Source of the DNA: Bacteroidaceae bacterium
Lineage (GTDB): Bacteria; Bacillota_I; Bacilli_A; RFN20; CAG-826
DNA: 64,000 nucleotides
Reading direction: 5' to 3'
Assembly: GCA_963624045.1 (NCBI GenBank)
Contig: CAVFNI010000007.1
Location: forward strand, 21,935-85,934
Shown here: in pieces, positions 9,481 through 21,036 of the stretch
Layout: the number at the start of each line of letters is the position of its first letter
How positions within the stretch are numbered: the stretch's first letter is position 1
Notes under the pieces: model-generated
What the model was told of the DNA's origin: nothing
Database searches by the model: none
Seen by the model: only the letters and a program-made list of their open reading frames with translations
Program-made: the position numbers and the translations under genes

Positions 9481-9601
9481 GCTTGAAAGCGAGAAATTTT
9501 ATCAGAGTCACTTTTTATGAATTGACTATCTTTTCAAGATAGACTTAAATAGTGGGGCTGTGTTGGCCTTTTAGGCCATATGTTTGGAAAGGTTGATTTG
9601 T

Positions 9602-10540
9602 ATGAAATATCAAAGCACATCGCGAATCTTAAGCTTCATCTTCCATGCGCTGATTTTCTTGTCCTTCGGCGCGCTAGGCCTTTATTTTGGGGCGTTTGTC
9701 GTTCCTCAATTCTTTACGGCCGGTTTCTTTGAATGGAGAGAATCTTTGTTTGATGCCCCATATTTCCTATATTTGGAATTCGCCGTCATCGGTTTCACTT
9801 TCTTTTTGCTTAGTGGCTATGGCGTTTATCAAGCGTGGTGCAGCTTAAGCAAACCTAATGATGACGCGCCAGTCGTTAAGAGCCTTACGGTCTTTATCGT
9901 CGAGGGTTGGATTTTTAGTTTAGCCCTCTTGCTCCATGGCATTTTGCTATTCGATGTGACTGCCAACGGAACCAATATGGCTTTCGCCGTCGTTATGGCT
10001 TTGATTTTTGCCATCTTGATGTTGATTGCTACCAATATCCCGATGGTCAAGCTTTACGATGGCAAAGATTCGAAACAACTCGTTTCTTATTTGCTCATCG
10101 GTGTCTCCGTCTTTACGGGTTTTATGTTCTTAGAGACGGCACTTGGTTTATTGTTGACTATCCCCGAAACATATTCGGCAAAAACGCCAACCATCTACCT
10201 TTTGCTTACGATGACAATCTCCAATGTGTTAGCGTGCGTTTTGACGGGCGTGGCTGCTTGTTTCGCTAAGAAAGGACAAAATCCTTTGGCGAGTTTATTG
10301 GCCTCTGGCGCTTCCTTTGCTTTGGGCGCCGGCTTAATTGTCTACGGCTCTCTGGATATGGTTTATTACGACAAACCCGTTCACTTCAATTTTGTGAATA
10401 CGCCGATTCAGGATACCGCCCAAAACGGCTTCGGTTATGGCTTCCCAGTGATGGCGATCGTTGTCGGCACGGCGTTATTTGCCGCTGCTGGATATTTGAT
10501 TTGGAACGCCACCAAAGAAAAGAAAGCTGTTACGAAATAA
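9602..10540 (+). CDS. Polytopic membrane protein, unknown function
   Basis: Long ORF with many hydrophobic segments. I prefer the ATG at 9602 (GGAAAGG SD 9 nt upstream) over the track's TTG at 9584. Confidence 0.5.
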   Translation: MKYQSTSRILSFIFHALIFLSFGALGLYFGAFVVPQFFTAGFFEWRESLFDAPYFLYLEFAVIGFTFFLLSGYGVYQAWCSLSKPNDDAPVVKSLTVFIVEGWIFSLALLLHGILLFDVTANGTNMAFAVVMALIFAILMLIATNIPMVKLYDGKDSKQLVSYLLIGVSVFTGFMFLETALGLLLTIPETYSAKTPTIYLLLTMTISNVLACVLTGVAACFAKKGQNPLASLLASGASFALGAGLIVYGSLDMVYYDKPVHFNFVNTPIQDTAQNGFGYGFPVMAIVVGTALFAAAGYLIWNATKEKKAVTK

Positions 10541-10568
10541 AGAATCCGTATTATCTTTATCAATCATT

Positions 10569-10603
10569 TGCCCATAGCGATATTGCTACGGGCATTTCTT
10601 TTA
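10569..10603 (+). terminator. Rho-independent terminator
   Basis: Stem TGCCCATAGC/GCTACGGGCA (one wobble pair), loop GATATT, followed by TTTCTTTTA. Confidence 0.55.
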
Positions 10604-10813
10604 TTGTCTTTATATCGCTACGCTTTTTAAGAGAAGTGGAGGTCATGCCCTTATAAAGCTATTACGCTTTGTCTTATTTATTATCCTTATATAAGTGCCC
10701 TTCTAGAACGGTTAAATGACTGTAAGCAATACTGGTGATACATGCTTGCTCATAACGCCTATAAAAAACGATAAAACCATGGCAAACCACCATTGTATGA
10801 TATTGCATGGTAA

Positions 10814-10839
10814 ACAAAAAGGCGCCCCGTAGAGCGCCT
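10814..10839 (-). terminator. Rho-independent terminator of the minus-strand membrane-protein gene
   Basis: Read on the minus strand: AGGCGC-loop-GCGCCT followed by TTTTTG. Confidence 0.6.
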
Positions 10840-10859
10840 ATAAAAGTTATTACAACCGC

Positions 10860-11429
10860 TTATTTGGAAGTGACGGCGGCAATGGCGATGCTGATACCGC
10901 CAACGGCACTGAAGATGCCGGACATTATGGCTCCAACGCCAAGGGAGAAATAATCGGAGAAGTCAGCCGTGTAGCCGCTGATGGTGAAGGAAGAAAGGTC
11001 GCCGCTCATGCTTTTGAATAAGAAGAACATAATGCAGGCAGCCATGAAGAGAAGGAAGGAGAGACACCCAATTCCCATCTTGACGGCGCCTTTCTTCAAG
11101 AAGACGAAGAGAAGAGCCAAAACGATGGCCACGGCCACCAAGATGAAGGCGACTAGTGCGCCGGCGTGAAGTTCGATCGCTCCAGCCTCGGCGACATCGG
11201 TGACGCTGCTACCGACGGTCATTTTAGCGGTGGCTTGTCCGCCAAAGGCCAAGGCGAATCCGCTGATGAAGAGGGCGTAGGAAGTAGTTACGCCGAGGAT
11301 GCTATTTGTGATGGTTCCGTTAACGGCGGTGGTCAGCATCATGAGGATGGCTCCAACCCCGAAAACGACTGCCGCAAAAGCGAGAATCGTTCCTAAAAAG
11401 TTTCCGACTTTGTTTTTTGATTTTGCCAT
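10860..11429 (-). CDS. Membrane protein, unknown function
   Basis: 189-aa ORF that is Gly/Ala-rich with about 5 hydrophobic segments. An SD (AAGGAGG) lies upstream of the ATG. Confidence 0.55.
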   Translation of the reverse strand: MAKSKNKVGNFLGTILAFAAVVFGVGAILMMLTTAVNGTITNSILGVTTSYALFISGFALAFGGQATAKMTVGSSVTDVAEAGAIELHAGALVAFILVAVAIVLALLFVFLKKGAVKMGIGCLSFLLFMAACIMFFLFKSMSGDLSSFTISGYTADFSDYFSLGVGAIMSGIFSAVGGISIAIAAVTSK

Positions 11430-11514
11430 AAAAGGCCTCCTTTATTGTTCTAGGCAATCTTAAAGCAACGGATTAACCGATAAAATAGACAAATGTGTTT
11501 ACTTGTAAAAGACT

Positions 11515-12033
11515 TCAGTCTTTATTGGTTGATTTTTCTTCAATTTTCTTGGCTTTGTTAGACATGAAATCGTGGATTTCGATGAATTCGTCGTAAAGGC
11601 TAATGATTTCAGTCGAAGGATCTTCGTATTCGTTTTTTAGTTTTTCCATAGCCGCTTCGGGCACGATGCGGTCTTTCGCTCTCATTTTGTTTTGAATGCA
11701 GCAAATTTCGAATGGGATTTTGAAAAGAACCAAAACATGACGGTCGAAAAGAGGGGTGGATTCGTAATACATTTTGCGATATTTGTTTTGCAAATTGGTG
11801 GCGTCTGCAATGACGGTGACCGATTCTTCGTTCTGAGCGTAATTATTGATTTCGGATAAGAAGGTATCCCAAACTTTCGTTTCGTCACGGAAGTCATTGG
11901 GCTTGCCCCATAAAGAGACGCGGATCTCGTCGCTAGAGACGATGTGGGTGTTGGGGTGGAGTTCGCAATATTTCTTGGCCCAGGTGCTTTTGCCGCTGCC
12001 TGGAATGGCGCTTAGAAGGATAAAAGTCTTCAT
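11515..12033 (-). CDS. P-loop kinase/ATPase (AAA_33 / polynucleotide-kinase-like)
   Basis: Walker A motif LLSAIPGSGKSTWAKK near the N-terminus, followed by SSDEIR. Size is 172 aa. Confidence 0.55.
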   Translation of the reverse strand: MKTFILLSAIPGSGKSTWAKKYCELHPNTHIVSSDEIRVSLWGKPNDFRDETKVWDTFLSEINNYAQNEESVTVIADATNLQNKYRKMYYESTPLFDRHVLVLFKIPFEICCIQNKMRAKDRIVPEAAMEKLKNEYEDPSTEIISLYDEFIEIHDFMSNKAKKIEEKSTNKD

Positions 12034-12175
12034 CGCCTCTAATCTTAACGATATTCATGCCCCATGTTTAGAGATTTTTGGCGAAACGGCCAAAAATTCT
12101 CTAACCCAAGGTTGATTTGGTCGTTAGAGGGCGATTTTGCTTCCATTTCTTCGGTCATAGTATTATGTTCACTAT

Positions 12176-12217
12176 GCACGTGTTCCTCCTCTGAACCACG
12201 TATAAAAAACAAGGAGG
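12176..12217 (+). promoter_or_regulatory. preQ1-I riboswitch (translational, SD-sequestering)
   Basis: P1 is ACGUG (12178-12182) paired with CACGU (12197-12201). The loop starts with UUC and contains CUCC. The A-rich tail AUAAAAAACAAGGAGG nearly matches the B. subtilis queC aptamer tail AUAAAAAACUAA. CUCC can pair with the GGAG of the SD to form a pseudoknot. The element sits immediately upstream of queT. Confidence 0.75.
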
Positions 12218-12223
12218 CCTCTT

Positions 12224-12766
12224 ATGGCCAAAAACGAAAATCAGCCGCTTCCGTCATCCAAAAGAAAAATCGCCGTTAAGGACATTGCCTTTAACGCAGT
12301 GGTGGCGGCCATATATTGCGCTTGCACATTGTTATTACAGCCGATCAGTTTCGGCGCCATTCAATTCCGCATCGCCGAAATATTGGTCTTATTATGTTTT
12401 TGGCGAAAGGATCTTATCATCGGCCTAACTTGTGGATGTCTGATATCCAACGTCTTTAGCTTCTCTTATTGGGATGTTTTAATCGGAACGATGGCGACGT
12501 TAATAAGCCTGTTATTTATCGTTTACCTTTCGCCTCGCCTTTGTGTGGCACTTATTTGGCCGGTTCTTTTTAATGGTTTGGCCGTCGGTGCGGAATTAAC
12601 TTGGATTTATCCGGCTTTCCCTGAATATTGGCAAAACGCCTTATCGGTGGCCGGTGGCGAATTGGCCGTGATGGCCATTGGCTACGTTTTTTGGGTGATC
12701 GTCATTCATAACGCCAACTTTAGGAAGATGCTTAGCCCCAATATTCACCCAGCAACCTTTTATTAA
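12224..12766 (+). CDS. queT: Queuosine-precursor transporter QueT (ECF S-component-like)
   Basis: AAIYCACTLLLQPISFGAIQFRIAEILVLL matches the QueT signature. The context is a preQ1 riboswitch upstream and tgt/queA/queH downstream. Confidence 0.75.
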   Translation: MAKNENQPLPSSKRKIAVKDIAFNAVVAAIYCACTLLLQPISFGAIQFRIAEILVLLCFWRKDLIIGLTCGCLISNVFSFSYWDVLIGTMATLISLLFIVYLSPRLCVALIWPVLFNGLAVGAELTWIYPAFPEYWQNALSVAGGELAVMAIGYVFWVIVIHNANFRKMLSPNIHPATFY

Positions 12767-12790
12767 AAGGGTTAATGAGAGTAGAATTAA

Positions 12791-13924
<1,134 letters not shown>

Positions 13925-13925
13925 T

Positions 13926-14981
13926 ATGGATATTTCGCTTTTTGATTATTATTTGCCAGAGGAATTGATCGCCCAAGCACCCTTAGCTAAACGCGACGAA
14001 TGCAAGCTCATGGCGATTGACCGCGAGCACAAACATGTTGAATCTAAACATTTTCATGACATTATCGATTACCTAAAACCCGGGGATGTCTTGGTTAGAA
14101 ACAATACGAAAGTCATTCCGGCAAGGCTTATTGGCACCAAACAAGAAACGGGCGGAGCGGTGGAAGTGTTGCTTCTTAAGCAACTCGAAGGGGATACGTG
14201 GGAATGCTTAGTTGGCGGCGCTAAAAGCGTCAAAGTAGGCACCCATTCCATTTTCGGCGATGGCCGTTTGTTGGCCACATGCGTAGCGGTGAAGGACGAA
14301 GGGATCCGCGACATGCGTTTTTCTTACAAAGGCATCTTCCTAGAGGTACTAGAATCCTTAGGCCAAATGCCTTTGCCTCCGTATATAAAGAAGCAATGCG
14401 AGAATAATGACGATTATCAGACGGTATACGCCAAAATCCCTGGTAGCGCGGCGGCGCCGACGGCGGGATTCCATTTCACGCCCGCCTTGTTTGAAGAAAT
14501 CGAGAAAAAAGGCGTGGAAGTGGTGGATGTTACCCTCAATATTGGTTTAGGAACCTTCCGCCCCATCAAAGTAAAAGACACCAAAGACCATCAAATGCAT
14601 TCGGAGACTTACGAAATAAGCGAAGAAGCGGCGGAAAGACTAAATAAAGCTAAAGCCGAAGGCCGTCGGATCATTGCCGTCGGTACGACTTCGGTCCGCA
14701 CTCTCGAAAGCGTTTATGCTCGCTATGGCACCTTCAAAGGAGCCCACGAAGCCACAAGGCTTTTTATTGAACCGGGATATCGTTATCAGGCGATTGATGC
14801 CATGATTACTAACTTTCATTTGCCCAAAAGCACATTGATCGAATTGGTGTCCGCTTTCATGGGAAGGAGTTTTACCTTGTCGTGTTACGCCAAAGCTGTT
14901 GGGGAGCGTTATCGTTTCTTCTCTTTTGGCGATGCTATGTTTATTTACGGTTCCTACGATTATTCGAAAGCCAATGAATAA
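13926..14981 (+). CDS. queA: S-adenosylmethionine:tRNA ribosyltransferase-isomerase
   Basis: MDISLFDYYLPEELIAQAPL..., PGSAAAPTAGFHFT and AVGTTSVRTLES are present. The start is chosen at the ATG at 13926 (2 nt after the tgt stop) rather than the track's upstream 13833. Confidence 0.95.
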   Translation: MDISLFDYYLPEELIAQAPLAKRDECKLMAIDREHKHVESKHFHDIIDYLKPGDVLVRNNTKVIPARLIGTKQETGGAVEVLLLKQLEGDTWECLVGGAKSVKVGTHSIFGDGRLLATCVAVKDEGIRDMRFSYKGIFLEVLESLGQMPLPPYIKKQCENNDDYQTVYAKIPGSAAAPTAGFHFTPALFEEIEKKGVEVVDVTLNIGLGTFRPIKVKDTKDHQMHSETYEISEEAAERLNKAKAEGRRIIAVGTTSVRTLESVYARYGTFKGAHEATRLFIEPGYRYQAIDAMITNFHLPKSTLIELVSAFMGRSFTLSCYAKAVGERYRFFSFGDAMFIYGSYDYSKANE

Positions 14982-15669
14982 CGATCTTCCTAAAATCAAT
15001 TATTATGAACGTGGCGAGGAGATTTTATCGTCGTTGGATCCCTCTAAACCCAAACCCCGTCTTCTGCTTCACGCTTGTTGCGGGCCATGCTCTTGTTTCC
15101 CTTTGACGTATTTGTGCCCGCGTTTCGACGTGACGATTTATTACAACAATAGCAACATCTATCCGTCCGAAGAATTTATTAAACGACTGGAAACGCTCAA
15201 GGAATTGCTTGCTAAGCTTAAAGACGAATATGGATTCGTCGTCGATTTAATCGTTCCGCCATACGATAACGATGGCTATAACGCCGCCCTTAAGCCGTAT
15301 GGAAACACTCCAGAAAGAGGTGGAAGATGCCTCTTTTGTTATGAAAAGAGAATGGCTGAAGCTTATGATTTCGCGGAAAAGGAAGGTTTTGATTTCTTTT
15401 GCACGGTCATGACGATATCCCGTCAAAAGGATAGCCAAATCCTTAACGCCATCGGCACTAAATTAGAAAAAAATCATCCGACTTGTCATTATTTCTATAG
15501 TGATTTCAAGAAGAAAGACGGTGCATTGAAAGGTCGGGAGATTCGTCAGCGATACAATTTGTATAATCAACTCTACTGCGGTTGTGTTTATAGTTATGCC
15601 GAGATGTTAGAACGGCAAAAAGCCAAAGAAAACACCCCTCAAAAACCTGCGGAAAAGGAAGATAAATAA
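14974..15669 (+). CDS. queH: Epoxyqueuosine reductase QueH (DUF208)
   Basis: LLLHACCGPCSCFPL, RCLFCYEKR and LYCGCVYS are the QueH Cys motifs. The ATG at 14974 overlaps the queA stop by 8 nt. Confidence 0.85.
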   Translation: MNNDLPKINYYERGEEILSSLDPSKPKPRLLLHACCGPCSCFPLTYLCPRFDVTIYYNNSNIYPSEEFIKRLETLKELLAKLKDEYGFVVDLIVPPYDNDGYNAALKPYGNTPERGGRCLFCYEKRMAEAYDFAEKEGFDFFCTVMTISRQKDSQILNAIGTKLEKNHPTCHYFYSDFKKKDGALKGREIRQRYNLYNQLYCGCVYSYAEMLERQKAKENTPQKPAEKEDK

Positions 15670-15676
15670 AGTCAAA

Positions 15677-15697
15677 TTTTGTGCACGGTGCACAAAA
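15677..15697. other. Perfect palindromic hairpin after queH (possible weak or bidirectional terminator)
   Basis: The sequence is TTTTGTGCAC-G-GTGCACAAAA. It is followed by AAAATTCCGTTTTT, so the U-tract is not canonical. Confidence 0.3.
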
Positions 15698-15796
15698 AAA
15701 TTCCGTTTTTCGGATGGGTAAATCGCAAAAAGTTCGCAAATCGCTTACTTTTTTAGAAAGAGCGGATTCCATCGGATTTTTCATGTGCAAAAAGTG

Positions 15797-15825
15797 TTGA
15801 CGTCGTGCGGGCGTAGGGGTATATT
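15797..15825 (+). promoter_or_regulatory. Sigma-A-type promoter of the S10 operon
   Basis: TTGACG (15797-15802), a 17-bp spacer, then TATATT (15820-15825). This leaves a ~135-nt leader before rpsJ. Confidence 0.7.
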
Positions 15826-15962
15826 TTTCAACGCTGGCGCAAGTGTAGATGTGCGATGTTGCTGACACGCCGAGAAGCGTTGCCAAGTATTCCCGGCTTA
15901 GTCAGGGAACTCGCATGGAGCTTACGAAAGCAAGCCTGAAGAAATCTAAAGGAGGAAAATTC

Positions 15963-16277
15963 ATGGCGAAACAAAAAGTCCTGCGTATTCGCTTGCAGGC
16001 CTACGATCACAAGATCCTCGACCACACAGTCGAAAAGATTATCGACGTAGCCAAAAAGACCAATGCCGGCGTCATTGGCCCTGTTCCTCTCCCAACCGAG
16101 AAGCAGGTCTACACGATCTTGCGTGCCACCTTCAAATACAAGGACAGCCGCGAGCAATTCGAGATCCGTACGCACAAAAGGTTGCTTGACATCACCAACC
16201 CGACCAAAGAAACCGTCGAAGCCATCCGCAAATTGGACCTTCCTAGCGGGGTCGACATCGATGTCACCGCGAAGTAA
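15963..16277 (+). CDS. rpsJ: 30S ribosomal protein S10
   Basis: [21 protein letters not shown]...GPVPLPTEK. The ATG at 15963 follows a GGAGGA SD; the track's upstream start at 15849 is rejected. Confidence 0.95.
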   Translation: MAKQKVLRIRLQAYDHKILDHTVEKIIDVAKKTNAGVIGPVPLPTEKQVYTILRATFKYKDSREQFEIRTHKRLLDITNPTKETVEAIRKLDLPSGVDIDVTAK

Positions 16278-16293
16278 TTAAGGAGAATCCATC

Positions 16294-16977
16294 ATGAAAT
16301 CCATAATCGGAAGAAAAATGGGGATGACCGAAGTCTTCGCCGCTGACGGAACGATGTATCCCGTCACCGTCATCGAGGTCCTTCCTAACACCGTCGTTCA
16401 AAAGAAAACCAAAGAGAAGGACGGCTATGAAGCCTTGCAAATCGGCTATGAAGACATTAAGGAATCCCGCTTAAACAAGTGTGAGCTTGCGCACTTCAAG
16501 AAAGCAGGCGTCGCCCCCAAAGCCCATCTATTCGAGCTCAAAGGCGATGAAATCTATGGCAAGAACGTGGGCGATACGCTTACGTGCGACCTATTTAAAG
16601 CGGGTGACGTCGTCGACGTCATCGGCACTACCAAAGGTCACGGCTATAGCGGCACCATCAAGAAATACGGCAACCACATCGGCCCGAAGGCCCATGGTTC
16701 TGGCTATCACCGCCAAATCGGTTCGTTAGCCAATAACGGCCGTGATAATAACCGCGTCATCCCTGGCAAGACGATGTCTGGCCATTGGGGGCCGGAACAA
16801 GCCACGATTCAAAACGTCACCGTCATCGAATCGAACCCAGAAAAGGGATATATCCTCGTCAAAGGCGGCGTCCCTGGCACCAAGAAATCGATCGTCATGA
16901 TCCGTAGCGCCATCCTCGCCCAATTTGGCAAGCCGGAGGTCAAACCCCTCCATGTCGTTAGCAAGAAAGGAGAATAA
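16294..16977 (+). CDS. rplC: 50S ribosomal protein L3
   Basis: Motifs GRKMGMTEVF and TKGHGYSGTIKKYG, plus operon position. Confidence 0.95.
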   Translation: MKSIIGRKMGMTEVFAADGTMYPVTVIEVLPNTVVQKKTKEKDGYEALQIGYEDIKESRLNKCELAHFKKAGVAPKAHLFELKGDEIYGKNVGDTLTCDLFKAGDVVDVIGTTKGHGYSGTIKKYGNHIGPKAHGSGYHRQIGSLANNGRDNNRVIPGKTMSGHWGPEQATIQNVTVIESNPEKGYILVKGGVPGTKKSIVMIRSAILAQFGKPEVKPLHVVSKKGE

Positions 16978-16982
16978 CAACC

Positions 16983-17615
16983 ATGGCAGAGAAACAAATC
17001 ACCTTGCCAGTCGTTAATCTCGCTGGCGAGAAAGTCGGAGACGTCAAACTTGATCCCTCCGTCTTCGGCATCACCGATGCCAATGAACAAGTCGTTCATG
17101 ACGCCGTTGTCGCCTATATGGCCAACTCCCGTCAAGCGACGGCCAAGACAAAAAAACGCCATGAAGTGAGCGGTGGCGGCAAAAAGCCCTGGAGACAAAA
17201 AGGAACCGGGCGCGCTCGCGCAGGAAGCTCCCGCAGCCCCTTATGGGTCGGCGGCGGAAAAGTCTTCGGACCTGATGGCAACCAAAATTACAAGGTTAGC
17301 CAAAACAAGAAAGCGCACGCTTTGGCTCTGAAGACCGTCCTCTCACAAAAAGTGAAAGATGGGCTCATCGTCGTTGATAGCCTAGCTCTCAAAGAGACGA
17401 GCACGAAAGCCTTCGCCGCTAATCTCCTTGCCATCAAAGCAGCTGATAAAGCGTTAGTGGTGGGAAGCGACGAAAATTTGCTTAAGAGTGCGAGAAATAT
17501 CGACAAAGTGGTCGTTCGCGATGTGAAGAACGTCAGCGTCTACGACATCCTTAACAACAAATCGCTCGTCATCAGCAAAGACGATGTCAAAACTTTGGAA
17601 GGAGGCCTTAAATAA
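16983..17615 (+). CDS. rplD: 50S ribosomal protein L4
   Basis: Motifs VSGGGKKPWRQKGTGRARAGS and SPLWVGGG, plus operon position. Confidence 0.95.
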   Translation: MAEKQITLPVVNLAGEKVGDVKLDPSVFGITDANEQVVHDAVVAYMANSRQATAKTKKRHEVSGGGKKPWRQKGTGRARAGSSRSPLWVGGGKVFGPDGNQNYKVSQNKKAHALALKTVLSQKVKDGLIVVDSLALKETSTKAFAANLLAIKAADKALVVGSDENLLKSARNIDKVVVRDVKNVSVYDILNNKSLVISKDDVKTLEGGLK

Positions 17616-18034
17616 TGGCAGAAGAAAAACAAGAAGTGGTCGCCGAAGAAAAGCCGGCCCCCAAAGCCAAAAAGACCACCAAAAAAGCCGCTGTCAAAGC
17701 GGAAGTCGTCGAAGAGAAGAAAGCCAAAGCCTTCGCTAAGCCAGTGAAGCATGATTACGACGTGATCATCGAGCCGCTTATCACCGAAAAGAGCATGGCT
17801 CTCCTTCAAAACAACAACAAGGTGACGGTCAAAGTTGCTTCTAATGCCAACAAGACCGAAATCAAAGAGAGCTTCCAACGCCTCTTCCAAGTTGCTGTTA
17901 CCGATATCAAGATCGTAAACGTCCTAGCCAAGAGCAAATCGCGCGGCGGACGTTACCAAGGCCACGTCAGTGGCTTCAAGAAGGCGGTTGTCTCCGTTGC
18001 CAAAGACGGGGCCATCGACCTCTTCAAGGAGTAA
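17615..18034 (+). CDS. rplW: 50S ribosomal protein L23 with a ~45-aa Lys/Ala/Glu-rich N-terminal extension
   Basis: The core is DYDVIIEPLITEKS...NKVTVKV. The start overlaps the rplD stop (TAATG). Confidence 0.9.
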   Translation: MAEEKQEVVAEEKPAPKAKKTTKKAAVKAEVVEEKKAKAFAKPVKHDYDVIIEPLITEKSMALLQNNNKVTVKVASNANKTEIKESFQRLFQVAVTDIKIVNVLAKSKSRGGRYQGHVSGFKKAVVSVAKDGAIDLFKE

Positions 18035-18086
18035 GGAAACACTCATAGGCAATCGCTTATAAAGAATCCACTATAGGAGAAAAGAA

Positions 18087-18920
18087 ATGGCAATCAAAAC
18101 CTACAAGCCGTATACGAAGAGCCGCCGCCAAATGCAAACGCTCTCGTACGCGGACATCACCAAAGCCACTCCTGAAAAATCATTGCTCGACACGAAGAAG
18201 CATTCGGGTGGGCGCAACAATCAAGGAGTCATCACCTGCCGTCACATCGGCGGTGGCAACAAAAACCGTTATCGTATCATCGACTTCCGTCGCAACAAGG
18301 ACGATATCCCAGCGACTGTCAAAGCAATCGAATACGATCCCAATCGTACCGCCTTCATCGCCCTCTTGGCTTATGCCGATGGCGAAAAGCGTTACATCAT
18401 CCGTCCAAAGGATCTTAATGTCGGAGATAAGGTTATCAGCGGCAAATCCACCGATATCAAAGTCGGCAATAACTGCCCCCTCTCCAACATTCCTGATGGC
18501 ACCTTCATCCACAATGTCGAACTACAACCTGGCAAAGGTGGACAAATGTGCCGCGCGGCTGGCACGAGCGCTCAGGTGCTCGGTGCCGACGGAGCCTACA
18601 CAATCCTCCGTCTTGCTTCTAGCGAAGTCCGCAAGGTCCTCTCCGTCTGCCGCGCCACCATCGGCCAAGTCGGCAACGAAGATTGGAATTTGGTGAATGT
18701 CGGCAAAGCTGGCAAAACCCGCCATCTTGGTGTTCGCCCAACGGTCCGTGGCTTCGTCATGAACCCTTGCGATCACCCTCATGGTGGTGGTGAAGGTAAG
18801 TGCCCTGTCGGACGCGATGCGCCGCGTACCCCATGGGGCAAGAAGGCGATGGGCGTTAAGACCCGCCGCGTCAAAAAGAATTCTACGCGCCTAATCATGC
18901 GTCGTAAGAATGATAAATAA
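18087..18920 (+). CDS. rplB: 50S ribosomal protein L2
   Basis: Motifs [17 protein letters not shown] and [13 protein letters not shown]. Confidence 0.97.
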   Translation: MAIKTYKPYTKSRRQMQTLSYADITKATPEKSLLDTKKHSGGRNNQGVITCRHIGGGNKNRYRIIDFRRNKDDIPATVKAIEYDPNRTAFIALLAYADGEKRYIIRPKDLNVGDKVISGKSTDIKVGNNCPLSNIPDGTFIHNVELQPGKGGQMCRAAGTSAQVLGADGAYTILRLASSEVRKVLSVCRATIGQVGNEDWNLVNVGKAGKTRHLGVRPTVRGFVMNPCDHPHGGGEGKCPVGRDAPRTPWGKKAMGVKTRRVKKNSTRLIMRRKNDK

Positions 18921-18937
18921 GGAAAGGAGATCGAACA

Positions 18938-19231
18938 ATGTCACGTTCTTCCAAAAAAGGGCCGTTTGTTGATGAATACCTTCTCAAGAAGGTTGAGGCT
19001 CTCCAAAAATCAGGAAAGAAAGAGGTTATCAAAACCTGGTCTCGTCGCTCGACCATCTATCCTGCCTTCGTCGAGCAGACCTTCGCCGTCTATAACGGCA
19101 AAGAACATATCACCGTCTATGTGACGGAGGATATGGTCGGCCATAAACTTGGCGAATTCGCCCCGACTCGCACCTTCAGCGGACACCACGGCAATAACCT
19201 TGGTGACCAAGCTGCGTCGGGCAAGAAATAA
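18938..19231 (+). CDS. rpsS: 30S ribosomal protein S19
   Basis: Motifs [12 protein letters not shown] and [12 protein letters not shown]. Confidence 0.95.
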   Translation: MSRSSKKGPFVDEYLLKKVEALQKSGKKEVIKTWSRRSTIYPAFVEQTFAVYNGKEHITVYVTEDMVGHKLGEFAPTRTFSGHHGNNLGDQAASGKK

Positions 19232-19242
19232 GGAGTTAACTC

Positions 19243-19767
19243 ATGGCAGAAACTAAAAAGAAAGCCGTAGCCAAAGAAGCCGCCCCGAAAGCGGACAAGA
19301 AGGCTGCTAGCAAAGCTCCGAAAGCCACCAAGAAAGAAGTGGAAAAGAAAGAGGCTCCGAAAGCCGAGGTTAAGCCGGCTAAGGAAAACAAAAAAGCCAA
19401 GGAAGCTCCGAAAGCGGAGAAACCTGTGGTCACGGAAGCTCACGCCTATTCCAAAGACGTGCGCGTCACTCCTCGTAAAGTTCGTTTGGTCCTCGATCTC
19501 GTTCGTGGAAAAGACGTCGATGAGGCCTTAGCGATTCTTAAAAACGTCAATCGCGCCGCTAGCGCCCCGGTGAGCAAAATCATCAAGAGCGCGGCCGCCA
19601 ACGCAACCAACAACTTCGGCATGGACGCTTCGAAATTGTATGTCGCGATGATCCAAGCTAGCGATGGCATCCGCATGAAACGCTTCGAGCCACGCGCCAA
19701 AGGCAGTTCCTCCCCCATCGTGAAGAGAACCGCCAATATCAGCGTGACCGTTAAGGAAAGGAAATAG
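19243..19767 (+). CDS. rplV: 50S ribosomal protein L22 with a ~60-aa Lys/Ala/Pro/Glu-rich N-terminal extension
   Basis: The core is AHAYSKDVRVTPRKVRLVLDLVRGKDVDEALAIL. Length is 174 aa versus about 110-120 aa typically. Confidence 0.9.
   Translation: MAETKKKAVAKEAAPKADKKAASKAPKATKKEVEKKEAPKAEVKPAKENKKAKEAPKAEKPVVTEAHAYSKDVRVTPRKVRLVLDLVRGKDVDEALAILKNVNRAASAPVSKIIKSAAANATNNFGMDASKLYVAMIQASDGIRMKRFEPRAKGSSSPIVKRTANISVTVKERK
19272..19295 (+). repeat. 24-nt segment identical to one in rplE (CAAAGAAGCCGCCCCGAAAGCGGA)
   Basis: This is an exact match to 22455-22478. Both copies are in frame and encode KEAAPKA within the N-terminal extensions. Confidence 0.9.
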
Positions 19768-19779
19768 GAGGACAAACTA

Positions 19780-20493
19780 ATGGGACAAAAAGTTAACGCC
19801 GTCGGTCTCCGTATTGGTATCAACCGCGGTTGGGAAGCCAATTGGTTTGCTTCCAAAAAAGATTATCCGGTCTTCTTGGGTGAGGATATTGCTATTCGCA
19901 AATACTTAGAGCCTGCGCTCAAAGATGCGATGGTTAGCCATATCGATATTGCCCGCACCAAGGGCGATAAAGACAGCAAAGTCCGCATTCAAGCGTACGT
20001 TGCTCGTCCGGGTATCGTCATCGGCCAAGATGGCGCCAACATCGCCAAAATTCAAAAAGGCCTCGACAAAATCGTTAAAACGGGCAAAGCTCATATCGAT
20101 ATCCTCGAAGTTAAGAACCCCGATGTCGATGCTACGCTCATCGCTCGTTGGATCGCTTCGGAATTAGAGAATCGTCAAAGCTTCCGTAGCACTCAAAAGA
20201 AAGCCATCCAAAGGATGCGCAAAGCCGGCGCCTTAGGCTGCCGCACCCAATGCCAAGGACGTCTAGGCGGCGCGGAAATCGCCCGTCGCGAAGGCTATAA
20301 AGAGGGCGTTGTGCCACTAGAGACCCTTCGCGCTGACATCGACTTCGCCGCGGTCTCCGCTGCGACTAGCTATGGCCGCATCGGCGTAAAAGTCTGGTGC
20401 TGCCGCGAAGCGCACAAAGAAAAGCAAGAAGCTAACAAAGCTGCTAAGGATATGCAAGGAGGCGCTAACAATGCTGCAACCAAAACGCGTTAA
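19780..20493 (+). CDS. rpsC: 30S ribosomal protein S3
   Basis: Motifs [18 protein letters not shown] and [10 protein letters not shown]. The 3' end overlaps rplP by 23 nt. Confidence 0.95.
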   Translation: MGQKVNAVGLRIGINRGWEANWFASKKDYPVFLGEDIAIRKYLEPALKDAMVSHIDIARTKGDKDSKVRIQAYVARPGIVIGQDGANIAKIQKGLDKIVKTGKAHIDILEVKNPDVDATLIARWIASELENRQSFRSTQKKAIQRMRKAGALGCRTQCQGRLGGAEIARREGYKEGVVPLETLRADIDFAAVSAATSYGRIGVKVWCCREAHKEKQEANKAAKDMQGGANNAATKTR

Positions 20494-21031
20494 ATACCGC
20501 CGTCCCCACGGACTCCGTTACGAAGGAAAGGCCACCAAAGGCAATAACGTTGACTTCGGCGAATATGGCCTTGTCGCTCTCGAAGGCGGTTACATCAACG
20601 ATCACCAAATCGAAAGCGCCCGTATCGTCTTAGCCAGATACACTGACCGCTTAGGCAAAATCTGGATTCGTATCTTCCCACATTTAGCCAAAACCAAAAA
20701 GCCGGCCGAGGTTCGTATGGGAAGCGGCAAAGGCTCACCGGAAGGCTGGGTCGCCGTCGTCAAAAAAGGCCGCGTGATCTTCGAGATCGGCGGCGTCGAT
20801 GAGAAAATCGCTATGGAAGCCCTCCATCAAGCCGGCTTCAAACTTCCGATTCTCACCAAAGTCGTCAAACGCACTAAAGCGCTCTCGGAATCCGAGAAGC
20901 TCAAGATGGAAGAACAACATTCTTCTAGCCTTGAAGCCATCGAGGAAGAGGATGCGCAAATGATCGAAACCGTCTCGGATACGGGTAACGATACTCCCGT
21001 CACCGAAGGCGAGGATAAGAAAGGGGAATAA
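20471..21031 (+). CDS. rplP: 50S ribosomal protein L16 with a ~45-aa acidic C-terminal extension
   Basis: Motifs [13 protein letters not shown] and [21 protein letters not shown]. Length is 186 aa versus about 140-145 aa typically. Confidence 0.93.
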   Translation: MLQPKRVKYRRPHGLRYEGKATKGNNVDFGEYGLVALEGGYINDHQIESARIVLARYTDRLGKIWIRIFPHLAKTKKPAEVRMGSGKGSPEGWVAVVKKGRVIFEIGGVDEKIAMEALHQAGFKLPILTKVVKRTKALSESEKLKMEEQHSSSLEAIEEEDAQMIETVSDTGNDTPVTEGEDKKGE

Positions 21032-21036
21032 CTGCT